From NCBI GenBank assembly GCA_963555755.3, contig OY820905.2:1312001-1376000 (forward strand): a stretch of DNA of 64,000 nt, in the 5' to 3' direction. This document shows, piece after piece, positions 48,757-59,266 of the stretch. The notes beneath the pieces were generated by a model, which searched no databases, had not been told where the DNA came from, and was given only the letters and a program-made list of their open reading frames with translations. Positions within the stretch are counted from its first letter, which is position 1. Every line of letters starts with the position of its first letter. A program made the position numbers and the translations under genes. The stretch is from Nitrospirales bacterium (lineage in GTDB: Bacteria; Nitrospirota; Nitrospiria; Nitrospirales; UBA8639).

Positions 48757-48987
48757 TCAGGGCTTACACATAGGACATTTGATCAGTCGAGTTGCACCGG
48801 TCTGTTCAAGGGCATCTAAGGCCGTGTCTTTATCAGGATACTCATTCCAGACTTCGTCCCAAAAATCTGGATTTCCCGGGCGGGCGGGAACTTGTAGGCA
48901 CCGGTCTCGATGAAGTATTGCCTGGTCAAGGGAGTGCCGAATATTAATCCATAGAACCATAACCGTTTTACCGCTCCTTCCGGACAC
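48757..48987 (-). CDS. Small hypothetical protein with C-terminal CxxC
   Basis: 76-codon ORF ending CPMCKP; true start may be MVLWINI after GGAG. Confidence 0.5.
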   Translation of the reverse strand: MSGRSGKTVMVLWINIRHSLDQAILHRDRCLQVPARPGNPDFWDEVWNEYPDKDTALDALEQTGATRLIKCPMCKP

Positions 48988-49008
48988 ATAATCAATGGGC
49001 CAACATTA

Positions 49009-49149
49009 GGGCACCTCTAAAAACCGTCCTTTTCCGTGATGGCGGCGTCAGCCGCGTGCTCACACCCTCATGTATTCGCCCATACACTCCGGTTTTCCGC
49101 GCGCGGCTTCCTTGCCCTCACAAAAAATGCCTGGTTTGTAGAGGTGCCC
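49009..49149. mobile_element. MITE family G copy, ATTA duplication
   Basis: GGGCACCTCTAAAAACC...GGTTTGTAGAGGTGCCC. Confidence 0.9.
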
Positions 49150-49150
49150 A

Positions 49151-49330
49151 TTAATCTTCCAGCAGCTGCCACTCATCCTTCTCAATTTTGATCTTCTGGC
49201 CAGTTTGGATCTTTTTTACGTCTTCTCGATCAAATAATTTCATGTACCGTTCGATGCGAGTCTCGTCATCAATGCGTTCTTCTTGTTCCATTCCATTCGC
49301 CAACTTATACCGCCGAATCAGGATCGACAT
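49151..49330 (-). CDS. Small charged hypothetical protein
   Basis: GGAGG RBS before ATG 49330; 59 aa. Confidence 0.7.
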   Translation of the reverse strand: MSILIRRYKLANGMEQEERIDDETRIERYMKLFDREDVKKIQTGQKIKIEKDEWQLLED

Positions 49331-49529
49331 ACACTTCCTCCACCAGGTTAGAGATTTGTCAAAAACCGACAACCTTATAAGTCTAAAGAAGCCGCCTTTT
49401 GGCCGTCAAGGTGAGGGCAGACCCCACCACCCCATGACCATTTTTGGTTAAAATGTTGGCAAGCAGTAAATCCATTCGGCTATAATAGGGTGAAAATCAT
49501 GCCCATACCACAAAGGAGTGAAATTCGTC

Positions 49530-49841
49530 ATGCCAGTGTATGAATATCAATGCCAATCCTGTGAACACAAATTCGAACTCATGCAATCAGTCAATACCAG
49601 GCCGGAAGACACCAGCTGCCCTCGCTGCAATGAGACCAAGGCCAATCGGCTGATGTCGTCCTTCGCATCTCAGATCAAGGGCGAACACAAGACAGGCTTT
49701 AGAGAAATGAAGGCCTATGATATGTACAACGATCGCATGGATCGATTTAGTAAGCTTCCCCCGCTCATGGGCGGAGCCCGGGCCATGCCTAGTGAATCAT
49801 CTATGGGCCCTCCGTCTGATTCCGGACCTGGAGAAAGTTAA
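49530..49841 (+). CDS. FmdB-family zinc-ribbon protein
   Basis: MPVYEYQCQSC..FE..CPRC..RLMS. Confidence 0.88.
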   Translation: MPVYEYQCQSCEHKFELMQSVNTRPEDTSCPRCNETKANRLMSSFASQIKGEHKTGFREMKAYDMYNDRMDRFSKLPPLMGGARAMPSESSMGPPSDSGPGES

Positions 49842-49967
49842 GGCGCTCATTCAACCCTCACGCCAATATCCGATCTACCTCTTGAACCCAGTACATGAGA
49901 CGGGAATTGATTGACAAAGGGCAACGTGGCCCATTTTCCTTCAGGAAAAATTTTGTACAATAACTTT

Positions 49968-50912
49968 ATGAGCCCCCCTATCTTTCAACAACAGACGTCA
50001 AAAAGAAACCTGCCCAGGATCCTCTTCGCACTGTTGGTCATACCCTGCACGCTTCTCTTGGGAGCCTCATTCGCGCTCGCCGCTGAAGCCAGTTCTGGCA
50101 CGCAAGCTGCCCATTCTCAAGAACAGGAACTCACGGGCAAATGTTTGATCATAGGAAATGGACCGGAACGGTACGCCATCGAAGCCCTGGCAAAAAACTT
50201 TGAAGAGCTTCATCCAAAAACCTCCCTCGATTTCTTTTGGCATCAAAACGCCAGGCCCGTCGAGGAAGTAAAACTTGGAGACGCGGACATTGCCATCACC
50301 GGAACAGTGGAAGAAGATCTTCCTTCGACCATCGTCGCGTGGGACGGGATCGCAGTTGTCACGAACTTTGCCAATCCCATCGAAGAGATTACGACTGAGC
50401 AACTCAAGGAAATTTTTGAAGGAACACTGAAATACTGGTCGCAAGTCTATGAAGAAGGCCCGGAGACACGGATTCGAATTATTCAACGGACCTGGAATCA
50501 AAATATTCGTCAAAGCTTCGAGCAACACCTCCATATTGAAAACCACAAGACACTGCCTGCCAAGATTGTAGAAAAAGAGGAACACACCTTCAAAGCCCTG
50601 AATGGCAATATCTATTCAATCTCCTATGTCTCCATGGGTCCTGCCCTCAAAGCGCGAAAAGATGGCTATGGCGTCACGCTGCTCTTTATCGATGGCATTG
50701 AGCCCGAATACCAGACCGTCCTCGATGCTACCTACCCTCTTCGACGCCCCGTTGTTTTTGTCATGGGGAACACACCCAATCCCGTGGCCAGGGCCTTTCT
50801 GAAATATGTGCTCTCCCCTGCCGGTCAACGCGCCATCAAAACCGGCGCCAGTGGCCTTTTTCATGACCGAACCAATTCTGTGGTAAAATATTACCCCCTT
50901 AAGGGGCAATAA
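49968..50912 (+). CDS. PstS-like substrate-binding protein
   Basis: Signal peptide; VAWDGIAVV, QLKEIFEG, ISYVS, YPLRRP, LSPAGQ; no adjacent pstCAB. Confidence 0.8.
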   Translation: MSPPIFQQQTSKRNLPRILFALLVIPCTLLLGASFALAAEASSGTQAAHSQEQELTGKCLIIGNGPERYAIEALAKNFEELHPKTSLDFFWHQNARPVEEVKLGDADIAITGTVEEDLPSTIVAWDGIAVVTNFANPIEEITTEQLKEIFEGTLKYWSQVYEEGPETRIRIIQRTWNQNIRQSFEQHLHIENHKTLPAKIVEKEEHTFKALNGNIYSISYVSMGPALKARKDGYGVTLLFIDGIEPEYQTVLDATYPLRRPVVFVMGNTPNPVARAFLKYVLSPAGQRAIKTGASGLFHDRTNSVVKYYPLKGQ

Positions 50913-51091
50913 GGGCCTGTGAAAAAATAACCTGGACAACATCGTGCCCAGATTTTGGTCAGATTTGGACGTAACGATTGAGAACAAACCGAGGCATAGC
51001 ATGCCTCTGTTGAGGTGTTTTCGATTGAGGCGCGTTCAAAGATGGCCCGAAGATGGGATGCGAGGTGGCCAGGTTATTTTTTCACAGGCCC
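50913..51091. mobile_element. MITE family E copy, TAA duplication at the upstream stop codon
   Basis: TIR GGGCCTGTGAAAAAATAACCTGG with exact inverse; interior matches 43236-43415. Confidence 0.88.
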
Positions 51092-51255
51092 TAAGATCCT
51101 CAACCCACCTCTCTTCCCTCTTGACATCTGCCCAACCCGCCATGCTACATACGCCAGCAATCCACAGATTTAGCTCCCTCCTTACCCCTGGAACAACCTT
51201 CCACGTGAGCCTATACGAGGGCGCTGATATTTACTGATCACCTGTAGGATCGATC

Positions 51256-52671
51256 ATGTTTAAGAAAATCCTGGTGGCCAATCGCGGTGAAATTGCCATG
51301 CGAGTCATCCGCGCATGCCGCGAGCTCAATATTGCGACCGTCGCCATCTACGCAGAATGCGATGCCACCGCCATTTTCGTCAAAAAGGCCAATGAGGCCT
51401 ATCTGGTCGGTCCCGGCCCCGTGCAAGGGTTTTTAGATGCCAAACAGATTGTCAACCTCGCCAAACGAGTAGGCGCCGATGCCATTCATCCGGGATATGG
51501 ATTCCTCTCGGAAAATGCGGAATTTGCTCAGCTCTGCCAAGAAGCCAGCATCACGTTTATTGGCCCCTCGCCACATTCCCTTGCACTCTTGGGGGATAAA
51601 GTCAAAGCCCGGGAACTCGCCAAACAAGTCGGCGTTCCCGTGGTCCCTGGAACCGATGGCCCGGTTGAGTATGAAGAGGGACTCAAGTTTTGCCAGTCCA
51701 GCGGCTATCCCGTCATGGTCAAAGCTAGCGCCGGGGGCGGTGGTCGAGGACTCCGCGTCGTCCGTTCAGACGATGAATTACAAGAAGCCATGGAGTCAGG
51801 TGCTCGCGAGGCACATGCCGCCTTTGGCAACGCCGAGCTGTTCATTGAAAAATATGTGGAACGCCCACACCATATCGAGTTTCAATTGCTGGCGGATAAG
51901 TACGGATACGTCGTCCATTTGGGAGAACGCGATTGCTCAATCCAGCGCCGCCATCAAAAAATCATCGAGATTGCGCCCTCCTTAATCCTGACCCCACGGC
52001 TTCGAGCCCAAATGGGTGAAGCGGCCATTTCACTTGTTCGCGCGGCGGAATTCTATAACGCCGGCACCATCGAATTCCTGTTGGATCAGGATGGCCGATA
52101 CTACTTTCTTGAAATGAACCCGCGCATCCAAGTCGAACACACAGTCACGGAACAAATCACCACCGTCGATATCGTACAATCCCAAATATGGATCGCCGCG
52201 GGTCGTCCACTCGTCTTTAGCCAACATGAAATCAGCTTGCAAGGCTACGCCATTCAATGTCGAATCAATGCCGAAGATCCCCAAAATGGATTTCGCCCCT
52301 CATCCGGAAAAATCACGGCCTATTTGTCGCCGGGAGGAGTGGGTGTGCGTATTGACGGCGTGGTCTATAAGGACTATACCGTTCCGCCCTACTACGATGC
52401 GCTCTTAACCAAAATGACGGTCCAGGGACGAACCTGGGATGAAACGGTCCGACGCACCCATCGATCCTTGGAAGAATTTGTGTTGCGCGGTGTCAAAACC
52501 ACGATTCCATTTATGATGCGCATTATGGAAGAACCAGATTTTCGGGCTGGACGCTTTGATACCTCCTATTTGGAAACGCACCCGGAAGTATTCGAGTACG
52601 AACATACCCTGGAACCCGAAGATATGGTCGTCGCGATGTCAGCCGCGATCGCGGCCTATGAGGGACTATAA
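51256..52671 (+). CDS. Biotin carboxylase subunit (PycA or CfiB-like)
   Basis: LVANRGEIA, HPGYGFLSEN, KASAGGGGRG, RDCSIQRRHQK, EMNPRIQVEH. Confidence 0.92.
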   Translation: MFKKILVANRGEIAMRVIRACRELNIATVAIYAECDATAIFVKKANEAYLVGPGPVQGFLDAKQIVNLAKRVGADAIHPGYGFLSENAEFAQLCQEASITFIGPSPHSLALLGDKVKARELAKQVGVPVVPGTDGPVEYEEGLKFCQSSGYPVMVKASAGGGGRGLRVVRSDDELQEAMESGAREAHAAFGNAELFIEKYVERPHHIEFQLLADKYGYVVHLGERDCSIQRRHQKIIEIAPSLILTPRLRAQMGEAAISLVRAAEFYNAGTIEFLLDQDGRYYFLEMNPRIQVEHTVTEQITTVDIVQSQIWIAAGRPLVFSQHEISLQGYAIQCRINAEDPQNGFRPSSGKITAYLSPGGVGVRIDGVVYKDYTVPPYYDALLTKMTVQGRTWDETVRRTHRSLEEFVLRGVKTTIPFMMRIMEEPDFRAGRFDTSYLETHPEVFEYEHTLEPEDMVVAMSAAIAAYEGL

Positions 52672-52717
52672 GGCCCCCTCAACAACTCCAATACTCTTTC
52701 AAACCCAAAGGTACTTT

Positions 52718-54664
52718 ATGGCACTGAAACCAAAGCCAATGGCTAAGAGCAAACTACCCTCGATGCCCGCTGTGAAAAAGAAAACTCCTAAGAAACGCCC
52801 GGAGACCTTTGCGATCGAACCCTCGCAAGGGCGACAGCTTTTTCTGACCGATGTTGCGCTACGTGATGGCCATCAATCCCTGTTAGCTACGCGGATGCGA
52901 ACCGAAGACCTCATCCCGGCGGCTGAGGAACTTGATAAAGTTGGGTTCTGGTCACTGGAGGTATGGGGCGGCGCGACCTTTGATGCGTGCTTGCGATTTT
53001 TAAAAGAAGATCCCTGGGAACGCCTCAAAACCTTCCGTAAAGCCGCCCCGAATACGCGGCTTCAAATGTTGCTGCGCGGCCAAAACCTAGTCGGCTATCG
53101 TCACTATGCCGACGATGTGTTGGAACAATTCATTGTCAAATCCGCAGAGCATGGGATCGACGTGTTTCGGATCTTCGATGCCCTGAACGACATTCGCAAT
53201 ATCAAGCCGGCCATGAAAATCGTCAAACAGTGCAAAAAACATGTTGAGGCGACGATTTGCTACACCGTCAGCCCCGTCCATAGCCTGCATCACTATGTGG
53301 AACAGGCCAAACAACTCGAAGGTCTTGGGACGGACAGTATCTGCATCAAGGATATGGCCGGATTGCTCCCTCCGTTTGAAGCGTACGACCTCGTGCGGCG
53401 GATGAAAGCTGCCGTTCGCGTTCCCATTCATCTGCACACACATTACACCTCGGGCATGGCATCCATGTCCTCGCTCATGGCAATACTCGGTGGGCTTGAT
53501 ATTTTGGACACCGCGATGTCTCCGCTCTCCGGGGGCACCTCGCATCCACCCACCGAATCGTTTATTGCCGCCCTGAAGGATACGCCCTATGACACGGGAT
53601 TGGATTTAAAAAAACTCACCCCGGTTGCGGCAAAACTGCGAGAGGCTCGGAAAAAATACCATCAGTTTGAAAGCGACTTTACGGGTGTGGATGCCGACAT
53701 TCTGCTTTCTCAAGTGCCGGGAGGCATGCTCTCGAACCTTGCCTTACAATTGACTGAACAAAATGCCATTGAAAAAATGCAAGAAGTGCTGGAAGAAATC
53801 CCTCGGGTGCGGAAAGACATGGGGTATCCGCCCCTTGTCACCCCGAGTAGCCAAATCGTGGGAAGCCAGGCGACCATGAATGTCCTGACCGGTGAGCGAT
53901 ATAAAGTCATCACCAACGAAACGAAGAATTATTTCCTCGGGTTTTACGGAAAACCACCAGGGTCGTTGAATTCCAAAATACGGCAAAAGGCGAGTGCCGG
54001 TGAAAAACCCATCACCGGAAGACCGGCGGATAATTTAGATCCCGAATTGCCGGAAGCGAAAAAAGAGTTAGCCGATCATCAAGTCTCGGCAGAAGATGTC
54101 TTGTCCTATGCCCTCTTCCCTTCGGTCGCGCTTCAATTCATCGATGAGCGTGAACGGGGAGAACTCAAACCCGAAGTACTTGAACCTTCCCCGCAAGGCG
54201 GACAAACTTTAGATTCCCGTGATCTCCATCTGGCCCCAGTAGAATTTCGAGTTATGCTGCACGGCGAGACGTATCACATTCACGTCTCCGGCTCTGGCAA
54301 AATCGTGGATGGACGAAAGCCCTATTACATAAAAGTAGATGACAAACTCGAAGAAGTGTATCTCGAAACCCTGCAAGAAGTGCTGGCGAGCGGTCCGGAA
54401 TCCCCTGTCAGTGCGGGCACTGCCAAGGGCGGACGCCCCAAAGCCAGCGGCCCCGGAGACGTGACCACGCCCATGCCGGGTCGTGTCGTCAAGGTATTAG
54501 TAGCCGAAGGAGCCAAAATTTCCACAGGCGATCCGGTCCTGGTCATCGAAGCGATGAAAATGGAAAACCAAGTGACCGCTCCCATCGACGGCACGGTGAA
54601 AACCATTCACGTCAAAGAAGGCGATCAGGTGAACTCCGACGAAACCCTGATCAAAATTGAATGA
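52718..54664 (+). CDS. Carboxyltransferase-biotinyl subunit (PycB/OadA or CfiA-like)
   Basis: LRDGHQSLLATRM, EVWGGATFD, IKDMAG, HTH, EAMKM. Confidence 0.92.
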   Translation: MALKPKPMAKSKLPSMPAVKKKTPKKRPETFAIEPSQGRQLFLTDVALRDGHQSLLATRMRTEDLIPAAEELDKVGFWSLEVWGGATFDACLRFLKEDPWERLKTFRKAAPNTRLQMLLRGQNLVGYRHYADDVLEQFIVKSAEHGIDVFRIFDALNDIRNIKPAMKIVKQCKKHVEATICYTVSPVHSLHHYVEQAKQLEGLGTDSICIKDMAGLLPPFEAYDLVRRMKAAVRVPIHLHTHYTSGMASMSSLMAILGGLDILDTAMSPLSGGTSHPPTESFIAALKDTPYDTGLDLKKLTPVAAKLREARKKYHQFESDFTGVDADILLSQVPGGMLSNLALQLTEQNAIEKMQEVLEEIPRVRKDMGYPPLVTPSSQIVGSQATMNVLTGERYKVITNETKNYFLGFYGKPPGSLNSKIRQKASAGEKPITGRPADNLDPELPEAKKELADHQVSAEDVLSYALFPSVALQFIDERERGELKPEVLEPSPQGGQTLDSRDLHLAPVEFRVMLHGETYHIHVSGSGKIVDGRKPYYIKVDDKLEEVYLETLQEVLASGPESPVSAGTAKGGRPKASGPGDVTTPMPGRVVKVLVAEGAKISTGDPVLVIEAMKMENQVTAPIDGTVKTIHVKEGDQVNSDETLIKIE

Positions 54665-54853
54665 CACCAAAACGACCAACCGTTCACCCTTCAACGGAGA
54701 CCAGGGCAAACGGTTTACATTATATCTGCCCTTCCAAGGGAAGTTTTCCCTCATGTGAAAACCCAAAATTTCCGTTCGTGCTGAGCCCTGAACTTGTCGA
54801 AGGGTCGAAGCGCCAAAGGAAAAAATTACTGGAGTCAATCCCCATCCGGCAGC

Positions 54854-55795
54854 ATGCTTAACCTCCTACGTGTGTTCGTTTCATTGTTGCTCATCACAAG
54901 CCTAGTGACCAGTTGCACCTTGAAAACCCCCAGAACTCCCCGACACATCAATCTGCTTCACCAACATACCGTCCACACAACAACCGTCAACGGCCATAGG
55001 CTTGCCTATCTCGATGAAGGCCAAGGCGCTCCCGTCATCCTCATTCACGGATTCGGCGGGTCAATGTGGCAATGGGAGCATCAACAGAAAGAGCTGGCCC
55101 AACACTATCGAGTCATCACCCTCGACATGTTAGGGTCCGGGCTATCCGACAAACCGGAGATCGACTACGCCCCGACTCTCCTCCTCAATTCCATCACGGA
55201 ATTTATGGATAAGGCAGGCATTCAACAAGCTACCCTTATCGGCAACTCCATGGGCGCAGGCGTGGCTATTGGTATGGCCTTGACCCATCCGGAACGCGTA
55301 TCAAAACTCGTACTTATAAGTGGATTCCCAGCCAATATGGTAGAGAGTATCGCCTCTCCTTCATACAAGCGCTTTATCAACACCCGTCCCCCTATCTGGC
55401 TCGCACGATTGGGAATGTGGATCGCTGGACGATGGGCGACCAAAGGAATCCTGACCGAAATTATTCATAATCCCAACTACATCACGCCACTTGTCATCGA
55501 GCGTTCTTATCGAAACCGTCAGGATCCAGGATTTCTTCCCCCGCTCTATTCACAAATCGACCAGATTCAAGAATGGGAAGAACACTTCGCCCCACGCTTA
55601 GGAGACATCTCACATCCCACACTCATTATTTGGGGAAAAGATGATCGAGTGTTTCCGCCGTCCGTAGGCCAAACCATGCACACGACCATGACCCAGAGCA
55701 CCTTCTTAGAAGTGCCCAACTCAGGCCATATTCCACAATGGGAAAATCCTACAATCGTGAACCCTGCGATTCTTCAGTTCCTCGCTGGCAATTAG
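54854..55795 (+). CDS. Alpha/beta hydrolase lipoprotein
   Basis: Lipobox VTSC; HGFGG, GNSMG, WGKDD, SGHIPQWE. Confidence 0.88.
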   Translation: MLNLLRVFVSLLLITSLVTSCTLKTPRTPRHINLLHQHTVHTTTVNGHRLAYLDEGQGAPVILIHGFGGSMWQWEHQQKELAQHYRVITLDMLGSGLSDKPEIDYAPTLLLNSITEFMDKAGIQQATLIGNSMGAGVAIGMALTHPERVSKLVLISGFPANMVESIASPSYKRFINTRPPIWLARLGMWIAGRWATKGILTEIIHNPNYITPLVIERSYRNRQDPGFLPPLYSQIDQIQEWEEHFAPRLGDISHPTLIIWGKDDRVFPPSVGQTMHTTMTQSTFLEVPNSGHIPQWENPTIVNPAILQFLAGN

Positions 55796-56104
55796 GTGAC
55801 AAGGAAATACCGGATTCCCGCTAACAACCGCCGAGATGGCGTCGAATGCACCTTGTCAATGACAACACACCAACCCATTAAGCTGGACGCCGGATTCGTT
55901 TGGATGTAATTTTTTCTCTTGAAACGGACGACAAAGAAGCTGAAAGTTACTACTTCCCGTATCCCGCAGTTGAAACATCACGGGAGCAATCCCATGACTG
56001 ATGAAACCGTTCAACTTCAACATTCTCCAAACCCGATTCAGGACTAAGCCCTCGGCACGACCCTAGTGTGGTGTAGAAGAACCCGTGCTTGAGAAGCTCT
56101 GGCA

Positions 56105-56377
56105 ATGGCTACCGGAACAACTCTGGCAAGAAGTGTCGATCCCTCGGACATGAGCCTTACCGATATTCTCCCGACTCACATTCGCCATTTTTCGTATTCA
56201 GATTCTCTCACCACTCCACCCTGTACAGAGGGGGTCCAGTGGGTTATCCGGGAGGAACCGATCCTCATTTCCCAACAGGATGTGGATCAATTCGTCCACA
56301 TCATTGGACACCATGCCCGTCCCATCCAACCCTTGGGAAACCGACAGATTGAAGAAAACGGACTGGGCAACATGTAG
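56105..56377 (+). pseudogene. C-terminal fragment of an alpha-carbonic anhydrase
   Basis: YSDSLTTPPCTEGVQWV and ARPIQPL present; the zinc-binding His region is absent. Confidence 0.8.
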
Positions 56378-56520
56378 AACGGTTGGACCTTGTTCCGAAC
56401 CAACACCCAGACACCTTCCAAGTAATCCAAGCCCAGGCTTCGGGTTCCCGGACAATAAACCGATACAACATTCATGAATTGTGAGTATACGCCAATGAAC
56501 GAGCGACTAAGGAGTGAGTA

Positions 56521-58356
56521 ATGCCCTACCAGCCGATCGAAAACTACGGATTGATTGGGAATATGCATACCACGGCCCTTGTGGGGATGAACGGGTCCAT
56601 CGACTGGTTTTGCTTCCCATATTTTGATTCCCCAAGCATCTTTGCGGCCATCCTGGATGAACACAAAGGGGGATGGTTTAAGATTGCGATCAAGGGCAAT
56701 ACCGCGACCCAAAAACAATACTACTGGCCTGACACCAATGTGTTAGTCACACGGTTTCTTTCTACCCAGGGGGTTGGAGATGTCGTTGACTTTATGCCCG
56801 TCGGACTCAAAGAAACCGACGTGGGTTATCATGGGATCGTTCGTCGTGTGCAAGCGATTCGAGGAAACGTGACGTTCAGGCTGGAATGTTTCCCTGCTTT
56901 TAATTACGCCCGGGATTTGCATACCACCTCGGTCACTCCTGATGGAGTGTGCTTCAGTGCCAATAGCTTACACCTCCGCCTGGGCTCGACCATTCCCTTA
57001 CAACTGGACGGCAATGGGGTCGTGGCCGAGTTTGAATTACAAGAGGGGCATGAATTGAGTTTCACCCTCCAGGAAGTCGGGCCGGACTACGAACGTTGTG
57101 TCGCGATTGCTCAAGACCAAGCTGATGATCTGTTCCGTCAAACCGTAAAATATTGGCGCCAATGGCTGGGGCATTGCACGTATCACGGTCGTTGGCGGGA
57201 ACGTGTTCAACGCTCGGCGCTCACCCTCAAACTCCTGACCTTCGAACCAACTGGGGCCATGGTCGCCGCACCCACCTGTAGCCTTCCCGAAGGTATTGGG
57301 GGACAACGGAATTGGGATTACCGCTACACGTGGATTCGTGATGCGGCCTTCACATTATACGGACTACTCCGTATTGGGTTTACCGATGAAGCTGCAAAAT
57401 TCATGCAGTGGCTGGAGGCCCGGTGCCACGAACTTCGCCCAGATGGTTCGCTGCAAATCATGTATGGAATCGATGGCCGGCACGAACTCCGGGAAGAAAC
57501 CCTTGACCACCTTGAAGGCTATAAACAATCCCGACCTGTTCGGGTGGGCAATGGAGCGTATGGCCAACTGCAGTTGGATATCTACGGTGAGCTTATGGAC
57601 TCTGTGTATCTGTACAACAAATATGGCACTCCCATTTCCTATGATCTCTGGAAACATCTCCGCCGTCTGATTAACTGGGTATGCGACAATTGGCAACGGC
57701 CAGACGAAGGGATATGGGAGGTGCGCGGTGGACAGCAACATTTCCTGTATTCCAAACTGATGTGCTGGGTGGCCGTCGATCGTGGGTTGCGACTCGCGGA
57801 GAAACGTTCATTTCCGGCTGATCGGGATCGTTGGTTACACGTACGCGATACGATCTATGAAGAGATCATGGAGAAGGGATGGAGTGAAAGCCGCCAAGCC
57901 TTTGTGCAACGCTATGGAAGTGAAACCCTTGATGCAGCCAATCTTATGATGCCTCTGGTCTTTTTTGTCTCCCCCACCGATCCTCGTATGCTGAAGACCT
58001 TGGATGCCATAAACCAATCCCCGGAAAAGGGAGGGCTGGTCGCCAATGGCCTAGTCTATCGGTACAAGGTCGACGAAACCGAAGATGGCCTTGAAGGCGA
58101 AGAAGGTACGTTTAATATTTGCACTTTTTGGTTAGTCGAGGCGCTCACACGGGCAGGCCATGTTGATCGGGCCCGGCTGGATGAAGCACGGCTCATGTTT
58201 GAACAAATGCTCGGGTACGCCAATCACCTCGGACTCTATGCCGAAGAAACCGGCCACCACGGCGAAGCCCTGGGCAACTTTCCGCAAGCCTTTACCCACC
58301 TCGCCTTAATCAGTGCCGCGTTTAATCTTGATCGCGCGCTCGGATCACACGGGTAG
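56521..58356 (+). CDS. GH15 glycoside hydrolase (trehalase-like)
   Basis: [49 protein letters not shown]. Confidence 0.94.
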   Translation: MPYQPIENYGLIGNMHTTALVGMNGSIDWFCFPYFDSPSIFAAILDEHKGGWFKIAIKGNTATQKQYYWPDTNVLVTRFLSTQGVGDVVDFMPVGLKETDVGYHGIVRRVQAIRGNVTFRLECFPAFNYARDLHTTSVTPDGVCFSANSLHLRLGSTIPLQLDGNGVVAEFELQEGHELSFTLQEVGPDYERCVAIAQDQADDLFRQTVKYWRQWLGHCTYHGRWRERVQRSALTLKLLTFEPTGAMVAAPTCSLPEGIGGQRNWDYRYTWIRDAAFTLYGLLRIGFTDEAAKFMQWLEARCHELRPDGSLQIMYGIDGRHELREETLDHLEGYKQSRPVRVGNGAYGQLQLDIYGELMDSVYLYNKYGTPISYDLWKHLRRLINWVCDNWQRPDEGIWEVRGGQQHFLYSKLMCWVAVDRGLRLAEKRSFPADRDRWLHVRDTIYEEIMEKGWSESRQAFVQRYGSETLDAANLMMPLVFFVSPTDPRMLKTLDAINQSPEKGGLVANGLVYRYKVDETEDGLEGEEGTFNICTFWLVEALTRAGHVDRARLDEARLMFEQMLGYANHLGLYAEETGHHGEALGNFPQAFTHLALISAAFNLDRALGSHG

Positions 58357-58407
58357 TCGTCAATCCAGCGACTGAAAGCTCATCCCGCATTCTTTGAGAC
58401 AAATGGG

Positions 58408-58484
58408 TCCCATATTTTAAAAAGAAGTGCACCACCTCCTGATGACCTAGGATACGGTGGTGCACTTCTTTTTAAAATATGGGA
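58408..58484. repeat. Perfect 29-bp inverted repeat
   Basis: TCCCATATTTTAAAAAGAAGTGCACCACC at 58408-58436 and its inverse at 58456-58484. Confidence 0.85.
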
Positions 58485-58589
58485 TACTACTGAGAGACCA
58501 AATCAGTAGAAACCGGTAAGGCTGTCCTCCCAGGCGATACTCCCAATTTTCAGAACCGGTGTTTGGCATAATTGACACCCCGTGGCCCC

Positions 58590-59193
58590 CTTGCTACTTT
58601 TCTGCTTGGCCAAAATGGCGTGTAGGGCACCTCTAAAAACCAGGCATTTTTTGTGAGGGCAAGGAAGCCGCGCGCGGAAAACCGGAGTGTATGGGCGAAT
58701 ACATGAGGATGTGAGCACGCGGCTGACGCCGCCATCACGGAAAAGGACGGTTTTTAGAGGTGCCCTGTATATTTCCTATTCCCGAGGGTGTGATATCAAC
58801 AACAGTGGCTAACCTGGAAGATCCTTCAAAGCTACGACCTATGCGGACGTGGGCTCGAGCACAACCGGCTATGCTGACATAGTGGCAGTAGAAAATGGAC
58901 CATCCAAGGTTTTGCCTGATAAGCTCCTGAACGTTTATTGGGAAATCCGCGACCTAACGACCGGAACGGACAGAGTTCAGACGTCGGTACCAAGTACCAA
59001 TCGGCAATATTTTTTTTACACACCAGAGCAAGAGTCCGCTGCACGCGCGTCAAAGGAAAGGCTGGAACGCGCTGGCAGGTATAAGAATCCCATCGGAACA
59101 GCGATCACCCCTGCCTCCCAATTCTACAATGCGGAAGAGTATCATCGGCAATATTTGGAAAAGCGGGAACTCAACCACTACACGATAAAGTGA
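58590..59193 (+). pseudogene. msrA: Degraded peptide methionine sulfoxide reductase A
   Basis: FYNAEEYHRQYLEK and DVGTKYQSAIF lie in different frames; no intact GCFW; MITE G sits in the 5' part. Confidence 0.8.
58625..58765. mobile_element. MITE family G copy, reverse orientation, TGTA duplication
   Basis: Same TIR; interior is the reverse complement of 49009-49149. Confidence 0.9.
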
Positions 59194-59266
59194 ACATGTA
59201 GCAAGAGGCAAACAGTTCTGGCTTCTGAGTTTTGTACTCACCCTGGCCTTTCTCTTTAAGGAAGAT

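Noticed and set aside
52556..52717. N-terminal ORF extensions (also 31346-31417, 44033-44155, 54794-54853, 6883-6975)
   Set aside because: Overlap neighbours or repeats; downstream ATGs fit family N-termini better.
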